Source: Candidatus Latescibacterota bacterium (GTDB lineage Bacteria > Krumholzibacteriota > Krumholzibacteriia > LZORAL124-64-63). Taken from it: 64,000 nt of DNA. The notes beneath the pieces were generated by a model, which saw only the letters and a program-made list of their open reading frames with translations, was not told the origin of the DNA and did not search any database. The stretch is taken from positions 42,954-106,953 of the forward strand of contig JAUSBL010000052.1 in the NCBI GenBank assembly GCA_030658975.1, written 5' to 3'. Positions 47,086 through 55,708 of the stretch are shown piece after piece. Every line of letters starts with the position of its first letter. The first letter of the stretch is position 1. The position numbers and the translations under genes were made by a program.

Positions 47086-47768
47086 GGTGTCACCTCGCGA
47101 TCGATGTCCAGGGAAGTCGGCGCGATCATCCCGATCAGCCCTCGCTCCAGCGACGACCATGCCGTCCGGTAGATCGACCACCCGGCTGCCTGCTGACGCA
47201 GGCTGACGGCTCCCGGGCTGACGCCGAGCGCCTCGGCCACCTTGTTCCAGGCTCCCAGTTCCTGGAACAGAGAGATGGCCTCCCGTTGGGGCTCGGTCCA
47301 GTCGTGGCGCTGGCGCAGGGCATAGGACGCCAGCGTGCTCCAGAGCACCTCCACGTCGCAGCCTTCGAACACGAGCTGGCAAGGCAGGTCGCTGGCGCGC
47401 GTCCGCTGCAGGGCTTCGCGTGCGCGGTGGAAGCAGGGGCCGTCCATGCCCAACGTCTGCTCCCGCAGCGCGGTGGTGAGTCGGCCGACGCCGATGCCGA
47501 AACGGACCGAGGTAGGCCTCGCCAGATCCAGCACGTCCGTGATCAGTCCCAGCAAGCGGCGGACTCCGGCCGGATCGGCGGGGAACAGGGCCTGGAACTC
47601 GTCGCCCAGCGTGACCAGCGGCCGGGCGGCAATACCGGCCGACGCATCGGAGCGGACCGCGTCCAGGTACGCCGTCAGCCTGTCCTGCAGTTCATGGCGG
47701 GCGATCTCGGGCATCGCTCGCGATGCGACGAGATCCCCGATGAGGGCGATGTTCATGTGGTTGCTCAT
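47082..47768 (-). CDS. SatD family protein (palm/cyclase-like N-domain plus C-terminal HTH)
   Basis: IALIGDLVASR, VTLGDEFQAL, VRFGIGVG, MDGPCFHRAR, WTEPQRE...VAEALGVSPGAVS. Confidence 0.85.
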   Translation of the reverse strand: MSNHMNIALIGDLVASRAMPEIARHELQDRLTAYLDAVRSDASAGIAARPLVTLGDEFQALFPADPAGVRRLLGLITDVLDLARPTSVRFGIGVGRLTTALREQTLGMDGPCFHRAREALQRTRASDLPCQLVFEGCDVEVLWSTLASYALRQRHDWTEPQREAISLFQELGAWNKVAEALGVSPGAVSLRQQAAGWSIYRTAWSSLERGLIGMIAPTSLDIDREVTP

Positions 47769-47769
47769 G

Positions 47770-47885
47770 ACACCTACTATTAAGCCTCAAGCATTAATAT
47801 TGTCAAGTTAATTGTTTATACTAAACATTTGAAACATTTGATCCAAATAGATCAATTATTAATTATTTAGCTAAATTAATCAACT
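47770..47885 (-). promoter_or_regulatory. Very AT-rich promoter/operator region upstream of satD
   Basis: Perfect TTGACA on minus (47801-47806) and AGGTG RBS. Palindromes TGTTTA-TAC-TAAACA (47813-47827), TTGATC-N6-GATCAA (47838-47855), ATTTAGCTAAAT (47865-47876); tandem AAACATTTG x2 (47823-47840). Confidence 0.6.
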
Positions 47886-47947
47886 CGCGCATGGCGTTGC
47901 AGAATATGGAGTTTGATGGTTGACGCACGCTCTGCCAACATCAGATG

Positions 47948-50900
47948 TCAGCGTTCCCGCCAGATGACGGTCGACGGCAAGGCCGTCAGGAGAATGTCGC
48001 CAGTGAATGTCGATCGCCGTCCATTCACTTCGACACCGGCGACCTCCCTCATCGGCGGCATCCGCAGCACGACCCCGCCCGCCGGCACCTTCAACCCGCC
48101 ACCGACGACCGCCGTCACCACCTCGCCGTCACGCCGCAGCGTGAAGTCGAGCGGTCCGTACTCGGTCGCCAGCCCCTTCACGCTCACGCCACCCTCCTGC
48201 AGCCACGCCGCCGGCACCCCCGCGCCGATCACCAGTGAGCCGTTCTCCTCATCGGCGTAAGCGAACATATCCAGAACCGACCGCACGAAGTCCGTGCCGA
48301 CCCAGGTGTGGGGCATGTCGCCGAGGTAGCGCGGCACGCGCTCCTCGCGGGCGACGACCTCTCCCCACTCGCGCCAGCCGGCCGGCCGGCGCAGCGACAG
48401 GAAATAGTCGACCAGCTCGTGCGCGCGGTCGCGCCAGCCCAGGCGCACGAAGGTGCCGATCGTGCGCGTCTCGTACGGCGTCATCGCGTCCCACTGGCCG
48501 CCGTCGCGGCGGTCGACGAAGAACTCCCAGTACTTCTCGAAGGTGCGCTCGATCGCGCCCGGGGGCGCCAGCGCGGCGCCGCCGGTCGGGGTCAGGGCGA
48601 TCGTCGTCGAGGTGGCGTCGAAGTCGCCCAGGTCGGCGCAGCCCGGCACGTAGTCGATGCCGTGCCTCGCCATGGCCGCGGCGATCGACGCGCGCAGGTC
48701 GGCGGCGAACTCGTCGTGGATCGCGGTCATCCGCGCCCGCTCGTCGTCCAGGTCCAGGTCGGCGGCCAGGGCCGCGGCGTCGCGGAAGCCGCGCAGGGCG
48801 AAGAAGTCGTCCCAGTAGGAGTGCATGGGCTTGGCGGAGTAGCCCTCGTGGCTGATCGAGGGCGGCAGCAGGCCGAAGAACTCGCGCTTGTCCGGTGTTC
48901 GCCACTCGGCGGTGCGGCGCTGCCGGCGCAGGCCGTCCAGGTAGTCGGCAGCGGCGGCGACGCGCGGCCACATCCGCTGCAGCAGTTCGCGGTCGCCGGT
49001 GTGGCGCCAGACCTCGGTGACCAGGAAGATGAACTGGCCGCTGCTGTCGTGCTCGGGCACCGGGTCGGCGCCGCGACGGTCCACGACGCAGGGGATCTTG
49101 CCGTCGGCGTACTGGTGCGACGCGTACCACTCCAGGAAGTCGACGGCCGGCGCGGTCAGGCCCATCTGCAGCAGGGCCCAGCCCGTCAGCGAGCCGTCGC
49201 GGATCCAGGAGCGGTTGTAGCTGCGCGTGCCGGGTTGGATGCCCGCGCCCGCGCGGTTGACCAGCACGTAGCCGAGCTGCGCGCGCATCGTTTCGAGGAC
49301 CTCGCGCGCCGCGGGCGGTCCGGCGATGACGGCGCCGTCGAGGCGCGCGTGCCAGTCGCGGCGGCCGGCCTCGTGAGCGGCGGCGGCGAAGCTCGTGGCC
49401 TCGCCGGCCGACAGCGGCGGCGGCGGCGGCGCGTCCGGATCGGGGTCGACGAGGAGCACGACCTCGGCCGAGTCGCCGGGCGCCAAATCGAAGGGCCACG
49501 ACAGCACGCCCGACGCGCCGCCGATGTCGCAGGTCACCGAGCGCGCCGCCGGCAGCCGGCCGTGGCGCAGGTGGTCGGCGACGACGTCGCCGCCGTGGAA
49601 GTTGACGGCGCCGAAGCGGCCGCCCGGCGTCAGCGCGATCGCCGCGGGCGCGCCGTCGAGGAACACCACGCCGCCCGACTGCGCCAGGGTGCGGATCGGC
49701 GCCGCGCCGCCCGGCCGGTTGAGCGTCTGCGAGGGCGGGTTGACCTGGAAGGGGCGGATCGCCAGGTCGAGATCGACCCGGCGCGGGACGGCCCCGCGGT
49801 TGAGCACGCGGTAGCGCGCGACGACGCCCCGCAGCCCGGGCTCTTCCGAGACGAAGGCCGCGACCGTCAGGTCCAGGTCGCCGGTGCGCCGGCGCACCGA
49901 AGGCATCGGCAGGAAACCGTCGACCAGCTCGTGCGAGGTCTCGGCGTCGGCCCAGGTCAGCAGGCGGCCGTCGGTGCGCAGGAAGGGCTCCACCGCGCCG
50001 CGGTAGGGGCCCGTCTCGAGTCCGCCGTCCTCGTCGAAGAGCACCTCGCGCGGGTCGGCGTCGCGGCCGACGACGGTCCAGTAGACCTGCTCGCCGGAGA
50101 TGCCGCGCGGGTAGCTGCCGCGGGGCGATTCGGCCGCGATCGCCGCGTGGAAGGCCTCGCGCGAACGCGACCACGCCAGGGGCATGACCCGGATCGCGGC
50201 GAGTTCGGGCGGGAACTTGGTGGACGAGCGCAGCAGCAGCACGCGCAGGCGGCGGGCTTCGCCCTCGGGCAGGTAGAGGTGGTCGCGCCCGCCGTCGCTG
50301 CCCGAGACGATCATCAGCTGGCGCCACGATTCTCCGTCGTCCGAAGCCTCGACGACGTAGTCGAGGGCGTGCCGGTCGGGCCGCCAGTCCAGCTGCAGGC
50401 CGCCGAACTCGCGCGAGCCGCCGAAGTCCAGGTCCAGGGCGGGACTGCGGTCCGTCAGGTCCGGGGTCCAGGACGTCGTCGCGTCGTCGTCCAGGGCGGC
50501 GGCCGCCTCGCCGGTGGTCGCCGTCGCGACGGGCGCCGCATCCACGGCGGTCGGCGGCGGCAGTTCCCGCAGCGTCAGGTCGTCGATCCAGACGCTGCCG
50601 AAGCCCCCCTCGGCCGCGGTCACGACGATTTCGACGGCCGAGATCCCGCGCAGCGGCGCGCCGCCGCCGGGCCCCCAGGCGAACTCGAGCTGGCGCTTCT
50701 TGATCGTGACGGTCCGCCACTGCGCCGGGAACTCGATCGCGCGCTCGACGCGCCACCAGACGTTCTCGCCGGTCTCGTCCACCAGCTTGAACTCCAGCGT
50801 GTTGACCGGGCACGCCCCGCGCAGACGGAACGAGAAGGCGTAGTTCTCCGGCAGCGCGACGTCCACCTCGCGCCGCGCGATGGCGTAACCGCCCCCCGTG

Positions 50901-51121
50901 AACCCGAAATCCAGCCGCAGCGCCCCGTCGTCGTCCGCGAGCGCCATCGTCACGCCGTCGGCCGGCAGCGCGCTCCAGTCCTTCGAGGTCCCGTCGGAGA
51001 TCACCAGCGGCGCCCCGGCCGGCGTGATCGGATCGCTGTTCGCCGCGGGACCGCGGCATCCCCCGGCGAAGACGAGCCCGCAGACCATTATCCCGGCCGT
51101 CAATAGCTTCGCGATGACCAT
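47948..51121 (-). CDS. Lipoprotein with CBM-like and discoidin (F5/8C, CBM32) domains and a six-hairpin glycosidase-like domain
   Basis: Lipobox-like FAGGC; discoidin AAALDDDATTSW...LDLDFG...YVVEASDDGESW; (alpha/alpha)6-like YNRSWIRDGS, PEHDSSG, SISHEGY, HSYWDDF, GDMPHTW. Confidence 0.75.
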   Translation of the reverse strand: MVIAKLLTAGIMVCGLVFAGGCRGPAANSDPITPAGAPLVISDGTSKDWSALPADGVTMALADDDGALRLDFGFTGGGYAIARREVDVALPENYAFSFRLRGACPVNTLEFKLVDETGENVWWRVERAIEFPAQWRTVTIKKRQLEFAWGPGGGAPLRGISAVEIVVTAAEGGFGSVWIDDLTLRELPPPTAVDAAPVATATTGEAAAALDDDATTSWTPDLTDRSPALDLDFGGSREFGGLQLDWRPDRHALDYVVEASDDGESWRQLMIVSGSDGGRDHLYLPEGEARRLRVLLLRSSTKFPPELAAIRVMPLAWSRSREAFHAAIAAESPRGSYPRGISGEQVYWTVVGRDADPREVLFDEDGGLETGPYRGAVEPFLRTDGRLLTWADAETSHELVDGFLPMPSVRRRTGDLDLTVAAFVSEEPGLRGVVARYRVLNRGAVPRRVDLDLAIRPFQVNPPSQTLNRPGGAAPIRTLAQSGGVVFLDGAPAAIALTPGGRFGAVNFHGGDVVADHLRHGRLPAARSVTCDIGGASGVLSWPFDLAPGDSAEVVLLVDPDPDAPPPPPLSAGEATSFAAAAHEAGRRDWHARLDGAVIAGPPAAREVLETMRAQLGYVLVNRAGAGIQPGTRSYNRSWIRDGSLTGWALLQMGLTAPAVDFLEWYASHQYADGKIPCVVDRRGADPVPEHDSSGQFIFLVTEVWRHTGDRELLQRMWPRVAAAADYLDGLRRQRRTAEWRTPDKREFFGLLPPSISHEGYSAKPMHSYWDDFFALRGFRDAAALAADLDLDDERARMTAIHDEFAADLRASIAAAMARHGIDYVPGCADLGDFDATSTTIALTPTGGAALAPPGAIERTFEKYWEFFVDRRDGGQWDAMTPYETRTIGTFVRLGWRDRAHELVDYFLSLRRPAGWREWGEVVAREERVPRYLGDMPHTWVGTDFVRSVLDMFAYADEENGSLVIGAGVPAAWLQEGGVSVKGLATEYGPLDFTLRRDGEVVTAVVGGGLKVPAGGVVLRMPPMREVAGVEVNGRRSTFTGDILLTALPSTVIWRER

Positions 51122-51122
51122 G

Positions 51123-51947
51123 CTATCCCTTTACGCTGCCTGCGGTAATGCCACGAACGAAGAATCGCTGAAAGATCAGGAACACCACCAGCGCCGGCAG
51201 GATCGTGATCATCGACCCGGCCATCATCAGCTCGGTGTCCTGGACGTGCTCGCCGACCAGGCTGGCCAACGCCACGGGCAGCGTCGCCATGTGCCCGTCG
51301 CTGAGCACGATCAGCGGCCACATGAAGTCGTTCCAGGCGCTCAGGAAGGTGAAGGCCGCCAGCGTCGCCAGGATGGGCCGGATGACCGGCAGCACGATGA
51401 CCGCGAAGATGCGGAACTCGCCGGCGCCGTCCACGCGGGCGGCGTCGAGCAGGTCGTCCGAGACGCCCAGCGCGTACTGCCGCACCAGGAAGATGCCGAA
51501 GATGCTGGCCATGTAGGGGACCAGCACGCCGGCGTAGGTGTTGACCAGGCCCAGCTCGCGCAGCAGCAGGAACAGCGGCAGCATGCCCACCTGCGCGGGC
51601 ACCACCAGAGCCGACGCCAGCCGCCTGAACAGGCGGTCGCGCCCGGGGAAGGGCAGCTTGGCGAAGGCGTAGCCGGCCATGGCGTTGATGAAGACCGACA
51701 GGACCGTCGCCAGCACGGTGATCACCGCGCTGTTGAGGAAGGCCCGCGCCATGTCCAGGCGCGTGAACAGGGTCACGAAGTTCTGGAGCGTGGGATCGCG
51801 CGGCAGCAGGTGCGGCGGCAGCGCGTTGGCCTCGCCGGGCTGCATGAAGGCGGCCGCCGCCATCCAGCCCAGCGGCATCAGGCTGATCAGCGCCGTGCTG
51901 ACCAGGGCCGCGTGCAGCACCAGCGACTGCAGGCCGGGGCGCCTCAC
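51123..51947 (-). CDS. Carbohydrate ABC transporter permease (MalG-like)
   Basis: AGYAFAKLPFPGR, EAA-type loop LLDAARVDGAGEFRIF, WNDFMWPLI, QRFFVRGITAGSVKG. GTG 51947. Confidence 0.93.
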   Translation of the reverse strand: MRRPGLQSLVLHAALVSTALISLMPLGWMAAAAFMQPGEANALPPHLLPRDPTLQNFVTLFTRLDMARAFLNSAVITVLATVLSVFINAMAGYAFAKLPFPGRDRLFRRLASALVVPAQVGMLPLFLLLRELGLVNTYAGVLVPYMASIFGIFLVRQYALGVSDDLLDAARVDGAGEFRIFAVIVLPVIRPILATLAAFTFLSAWNDFMWPLIVLSDGHMATLPVALASLVGEHVQDTELMMAGSMITILPALVVFLIFQRFFVRGITAGSVKG

Positions 51948-52852
51948 GTCCGATCCTTCTGCAGGCGGAACTGCAGCAGCGCGCCCGCCAGGGTGATCAG
52001 CAGCAGCACGACGGCCGTCGCGGACGCCGTCCCGATGCGCCACCAGCGGAAGCCCTCCTCGTACATGAACAGCACCACGCTGCGCGTGCTGCCCAGCGGG
52101 CCGCCCTGGGTCATCACGTAGGGCTCGGCGAAGACCTGGAAGTAGCCGATCATCGTGGTGACGCCGACGAACAGGAAGGTGGGCGCCAGACCCGGCAGCG
52201 TGATGTGGCGGAAGCGCTGCAGGCCGCTGGCGCCGTCGATGGCGGCGGCCTCGTAGAGCTCCGCGGGCACGGCCTGCAGGCCGGCCACGAAGATCAGCAT
52301 GTTGTAGCCGAAGTTCTTCCACACCGCGACCAGCACGATGGCGGGCATGGCCCAGTGCGGGTCGCCGAGCCAGTCGATCGGCCCCAGGCCGACCAGGCCC
52401 AGGATGTGGTTCAGCAGGCCGTAGCGCGGGTGGTAGAGGTAGCGCCAGATGATCGCCACCGAGACCAGCGTGGTCACCACCGGCGCGAAGTAGATGGTGC
52501 GGAACAGCGGGCGCAGGCGCGTCAGCTTGGCGTCGACCAGCATCGCCGCGCCCAGCGACACGGCCACCGACAGCGGGCCGCCCAGCGCGACGAAGAACAG
52601 GGTGTTGCCCAGCGACCGCCAGAAGACGTCGTTCGTGAGCAGGCGCGCGTAGTTCTCCAGGCCGACGAAGCGGGCGTTGCCCGGCGAGCCGATGGCGTAG
52701 ATGTCGAAGTCGGTCAGCCCGAGCAGCAGCCCGGCGATCACCGGCAGGAAGAAGAAGACCAGCAGCAGCAGCAGCGCCGGCGCCAGGAACCACAGCGCGG
52801 CCCGCAGCTGGCGCTTCTCGAGGGGCGATCTCTTCGTGAGCGGCGAACTCAT
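51944..52852 (-). CDS. Carbohydrate ABC transporter permease (MalF-like)
   Basis: FVGLENY, FRTIYFAP, ELYEAAAIDGAS..QRFRHITLP, MTQGGP. ATG 52852. Confidence 0.93.
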   Translation of the reverse strand: MSSPLTKRSPLEKRQLRAALWFLAPALLLLLVFFFLPVIAGLLLGLTDFDIYAIGSPGNARFVGLENYARLLTNDVFWRSLGNTLFFVALGGPLSVAVSLGAAMLVDAKLTRLRPLFRTIYFAPVVTTLVSVAIIWRYLYHPRYGLLNHILGLVGLGPIDWLGDPHWAMPAIVLVAVWKNFGYNMLIFVAGLQAVPAELYEAAAIDGASGLQRFRHITLPGLAPTFLFVGVTTMIGYFQVFAEPYVMTQGGPLGSTRSVVLFMYEEGFRWWRIGTASATAVVLLLITLAGALLQFRLQKDRT

Positions 52853-54120
52853 GGGTGCCGCTCCCTCTGCGCCAGCCAGCGCCGCTTCTCCAGCATGCGC
52901 GCCACGTCGCGGTCGAGGGCCTCCAGGGCTTCCTGCGGCGCGGCCGCGTCGCGCACCGCCGTCTCCCCGCGCTCGTAGACGCGCGTGGCGATCTGCTCCC
53001 ACTCCGGCAGCTTGGGCGTCGACACCACGTGTTCGAGCTGCGTCCGGAAGGCGCGGGCGCGGGGATCGGTCGCGATGCCCGCCATCTCCCAGGCCTGCTT
53101 GTGGGCGGGCAGGTCGCCGGTCAGCTCGTAGAAGCGGGCCTGCTGCTGCGGGCGCGACAGGAATTCGATGAGCTCCCAGGCGGCGTCGGCGTGTGGTGAG
53201 CTCTTGAAGATCACGAGGCTCGAGCCGCCGGCCAGCGAGACGCCGGGGACGCCGGGCTCGGGGCCCGGCAACGGCGCCGTCGCCCACGCGTCCTGCAGCT
53301 CGTCGGGCAGGCGCCGCTGGAACTCGCCCAGGTTCCAGGGGCCGGTGATGTACATGACGAAGGTGCCGCGGGCGAACTCCTGGTAGAGGTTCGCGATCTC
53401 GTTGTTGGAGACCGGCGGCGCCAGGCCGTCGCGGAACAGGCTCAGGTAGAAGTCGAAGGCGCGGCGGAACTCGGGTCCGGCGAAAACGCCGTAGCCGCGC
53501 TCGACGTCCACCAGCGGGGAGCCGGCCTGCAGCCCGAGGATCACCGTCGGCGGCCACTCGTTCAGCGGCAGCAGGATCCCGTAGCGGCGCACGCCGCCGG
53601 CGGCGGCGACCACGTCGCGCATCGCGGCGCGCCACTCTTCCCAGTCGGCCGGAGGTTCGGGGTGACCGGCTTCGGCCAGCAGGTCGCTGCGGTAGAACAG
53701 CACGCGCGTGTCCACGTACCAGGGCACGCCGTAGAGCCGGCCCTCGAGCACGTTCGTGTCCCAGATCCCGGGGAAGTGGTCGGCCTCGTCGACGACCCCG
53801 CCGGCGGCGATGCGCGCGTCCAGCGGCTCGATCGCGTCCAGCGCGACGAACTCCGACAGCCAGGTGTTGCCCAGCTGGGCGATGTCGGGCGTGGCCTCCC
53901 CGACGTGGGCCGTCAGCAGCTTCTCGTGGGCGGCGGTCCAGGGGATCTGCTGGACCTCGACGCGCACGCCGGGATTCTCGCGCTCGAACTCGGGCATCAG
54001 CTCGCGCACGACCTCGCCCTCGCGGCCCATGGCCCAGAAGCGCAGCGTGGTGCGGCCGTCGTCGTCGCCGCAGCCGCAGCAGAGCGCCAGCAGGACGGCG
54101 ATGCCGGCGGCTCGGCTCAC
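52849..54120 (-). CDS. Carbohydrate ABC transporter substrate-binding lipoprotein
   Basis: Lipobox LCCGC, FWAMGREGE, QQIPWTAAHEKLLT, PDIAQLGNTW, YGVPWYVDTR, SLAGGSSL. GTG 54120. Confidence 0.92.
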   Translation of the reverse strand: MSRAAGIAVLLALCCGCGDDDGRTTLRFWAMGREGEVVRELMPEFERENPGVRVEVQQIPWTAAHEKLLTAHVGEATPDIAQLGNTWLSEFVALDAIEPLDARIAAGGVVDEADHFPGIWDTNVLEGRLYGVPWYVDTRVLFYRSDLLAEAGHPEPPADWEEWRAAMRDVVAAAGGVRRYGILLPLNEWPPTVILGLQAGSPLVDVERGYGVFAGPEFRRAFDFYLSLFRDGLAPPVSNNEIANLYQEFARGTFVMYITGPWNLGEFQRRLPDELQDAWATAPLPGPEPGVPGVSLAGGSSLVIFKSSPHADAAWELIEFLSRPQQQARFYELTGDLPAHKQAWEMAGIATDPRARAFRTQLEHVVSTPKLPEWEQIATRVYERGETAVRDAAAPQEALEALDRDVARMLEKRRWLAQRERHP

Positions 54121-55616
54121 GAATCGCCCTGCGCCGCGTCGAGCCAGCCGCCGGTGAATCCCGCCGCCCGCAGGCCGCGCACGATGTGCGGGTTGCCGCG
54201 CAGGCAGCGCCAGACCAGGCCGCTGCGGTGGTTCTCGATCATCAGCAGGATCGGACCCTGGTCGATGCCGAGGTAGTCGGTGTCGTACCAGCCCCGTCCG
54301 GGCACGACGCGCCCGTGCTGCACGGGGACCGCCAGGTCGAAGGTGGGGTTCAGCGCGTCGAGGAACCCGTACGGCCCGAACAGCAGGTCGCCGTGGTCGG
54401 CGCGCATCGCCAGCAGCGTCGGCAGGACGAGTTCCGGGGCGAAGGGCAGGGACGAGGCCGCGGCCGAGGGGCAGACCGTGCCGTCGTCGTTCGCGTCGGT
54501 GAACGAGGCGCCGCGCGCCCAGTAGGTCTCGAAGTGCCGCGTCCGGCCGTCGATGACGAACTGCCCATGGACCGGGCCGTCGCAGGCGGTCAGACCCCAG
54601 AGGCGCTCGCCGTAGCCGCGCCAGTCGCCGGGGTTGTCCAGCGCATAGGCGTACTGCGACCGCGTCGCCCGGCGCGAGTTCTCGAAGTAGTCGAGCCCGC
54701 GTTCCTGCATGTAAGCGTCCCGGATCCCGCGCAGGTCGATCCAGCAGTGGGTGTACTGGTGCCCGAAGAGCGGACCGAAGCCCAGCTGCTCCTCGCCCTG
54801 GAACTCGCCCCAGCGGTAGCCGGCGGTCCAGGCGGACCAGGCTTCGGGGTCGACCGGATACGTCGGCGAGCCGAGGGCCAGCAGGTAGAGGATCATGCCC
54901 TCGCTGTAGCCGCGCCAGTCGTACGGCAGGTGGCCGCTCTCGGGCGTCCAGCCGTGGCCGATGGTGGGCGGCCGGACCTGGGCCCACTGCCAGTCGACCC
55001 GGAAGTAGAGGGAGTCGGCCAGGGCCCGGATCTGCGCTTCGTCTTCGTCGGCGCGGTCGAAGTAGGACTGGCAGCACAGGGCGCCGGCCAGCAGCAGGGC
55101 AGTGTCCACGGTGGACAGTTCGACGTCGGCGAAGCGGGTCCCGGTGTCGGGATCCAGGAAGTGGTAGAAGAAACCGCGGTAGCCGGCCGCTCCGCTGGCT
55201 GTGGTGTCCTGGGGGGCGGTCCACAGGAAGCGCAGGGTGGTCAGGACGCGGTCGGCGGCCGCGGCGCGCGTGACGTAGCCGCGTTCGGCCCCGATGGGGT
55301 AAGCCGTTAAAGCAAAACCTGTTGCTGCAGAACTGGCGAAGGAGCGCGTCGGGGCGCGGTCCGGGGCGAGACCCGTTTGGGGGTTGCACAGGTCCCAGAA
55401 ATATTGGAAAGTCCGCTCTTGCAGAGTGTCGATGAAAGCGGTTTCATGGGCTGGCCCAAAAGAAACCGACTCTTCGATTTCGGCGCGGCGCTCCTGGATC
55501 CCGGCACGGTGCTGGCAGCCGGCGACGAGCCCGCAGATCAGGACGGCGCCCGCGGCCGTCAGCAGACCGCGGCGGCCGGGGCCGGCGGCGCGGAGATCGT
55601 GGCGCGACGTTTCCAT
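54117..55616 (-). CDS. GH144-like endo-beta-1,2-glucanase, second copy (Tat/lipoprotein signal)
   Basis: RRGLL...LVAGC signal; TFQYFWD, GFFYHFLD, ELSTVDTALL, GYSEGMILY, PLFGHQYTH.WID, WGLTACDGP, YGFLDALN, LGIDQGPI. Confidence 0.88.
   Translation of the reverse strand: METSRHDLRAAGPGRRGLLTAAGAVLICGLVAGCQHRAGIQERRAEIEESVSFGPAHETAFIDTLQERTFQYFWDLCNPQTGLAPDRAPTRSFASSAATGFALTAYPIGAERGYVTRAAAADRVLTTLRFLWTAPQDTTASGAAGYRGFFYHFLDPDTGTRFADVELSTVDTALLLAGALCCQSYFDRADEDEAQIRALADSLYFRVDWQWAQVRPPTIGHGWTPESGHLPYDWRGYSEGMILYLLALGSPTYPVDPEAWSAWTAGYRWGEFQGEEQLGFGPLFGHQYTHCWIDLRGIRDAYMQERGLDYFENSRRATRSQYAYALDNPGDWRGYGERLWGLTACDGPVHGQFVIDGRTRHFETYWARGASFTDANDDGTVCPSAAASSLPFAPELVLPTLLAMRADHGDLLFGPYGFLDALNPTFDLAVPVQHGRVVPGRGWYDTDYLGIDQGPILLMIENHRSGLVWRCLRGNPHIVRGLRAAGFTGGWLDAAQGDS
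55432..55447. promoter_or_regulatory. Second LacI-type operator candidate, inside the GH144 gene
   Basis: ATGAAAGCGGTTTCAT, 14/16 identical to the site at 40202, within an AT-rich patch. Confidence 0.45.
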
Positions 55617-55708
55617 GGTCCAGCTCCTGGCCCGGAGGATCGGTGCGGGGGCCGTCGGGCCGAGACTACAGGCCGCCGGGGGGCCTGCGCAACCGAAAAC
55701 GAGGCGCC

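Noticed and set aside
47838..47855. FNR/CRP box
   Set aside because: TTGAT and ATCAA are 8 nt apart, not the canonical 4.
8478..51106. Long antisense or alternate-frame ORFs in the track (e.g. 8478..10871+, 22195..24213+, 31152..34442+, 34664..37300+, 36888..39227+, 41061..44150-, 48308..51106+, 48249..51059-)
   Set aside because: They are shadows of real genes caused by high GC3. They are Arg/Ala/Gly/Pro-rich or lack family motifs, and overlap well-supported CDSs.
19677..55389. Apparent giant fusion proteins (19677..22133, 20924..24034, 30082..33669, 31098..36062, 42740..45562, 51123..52793, 51944..53635, 52849..55389)
   Set aside because: The N-terminal extensions are off-frame read-through of the upstream gene. 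Real starts with RBS or stop-start overlaps lie downstream, so no frameshift or fusion is needed.
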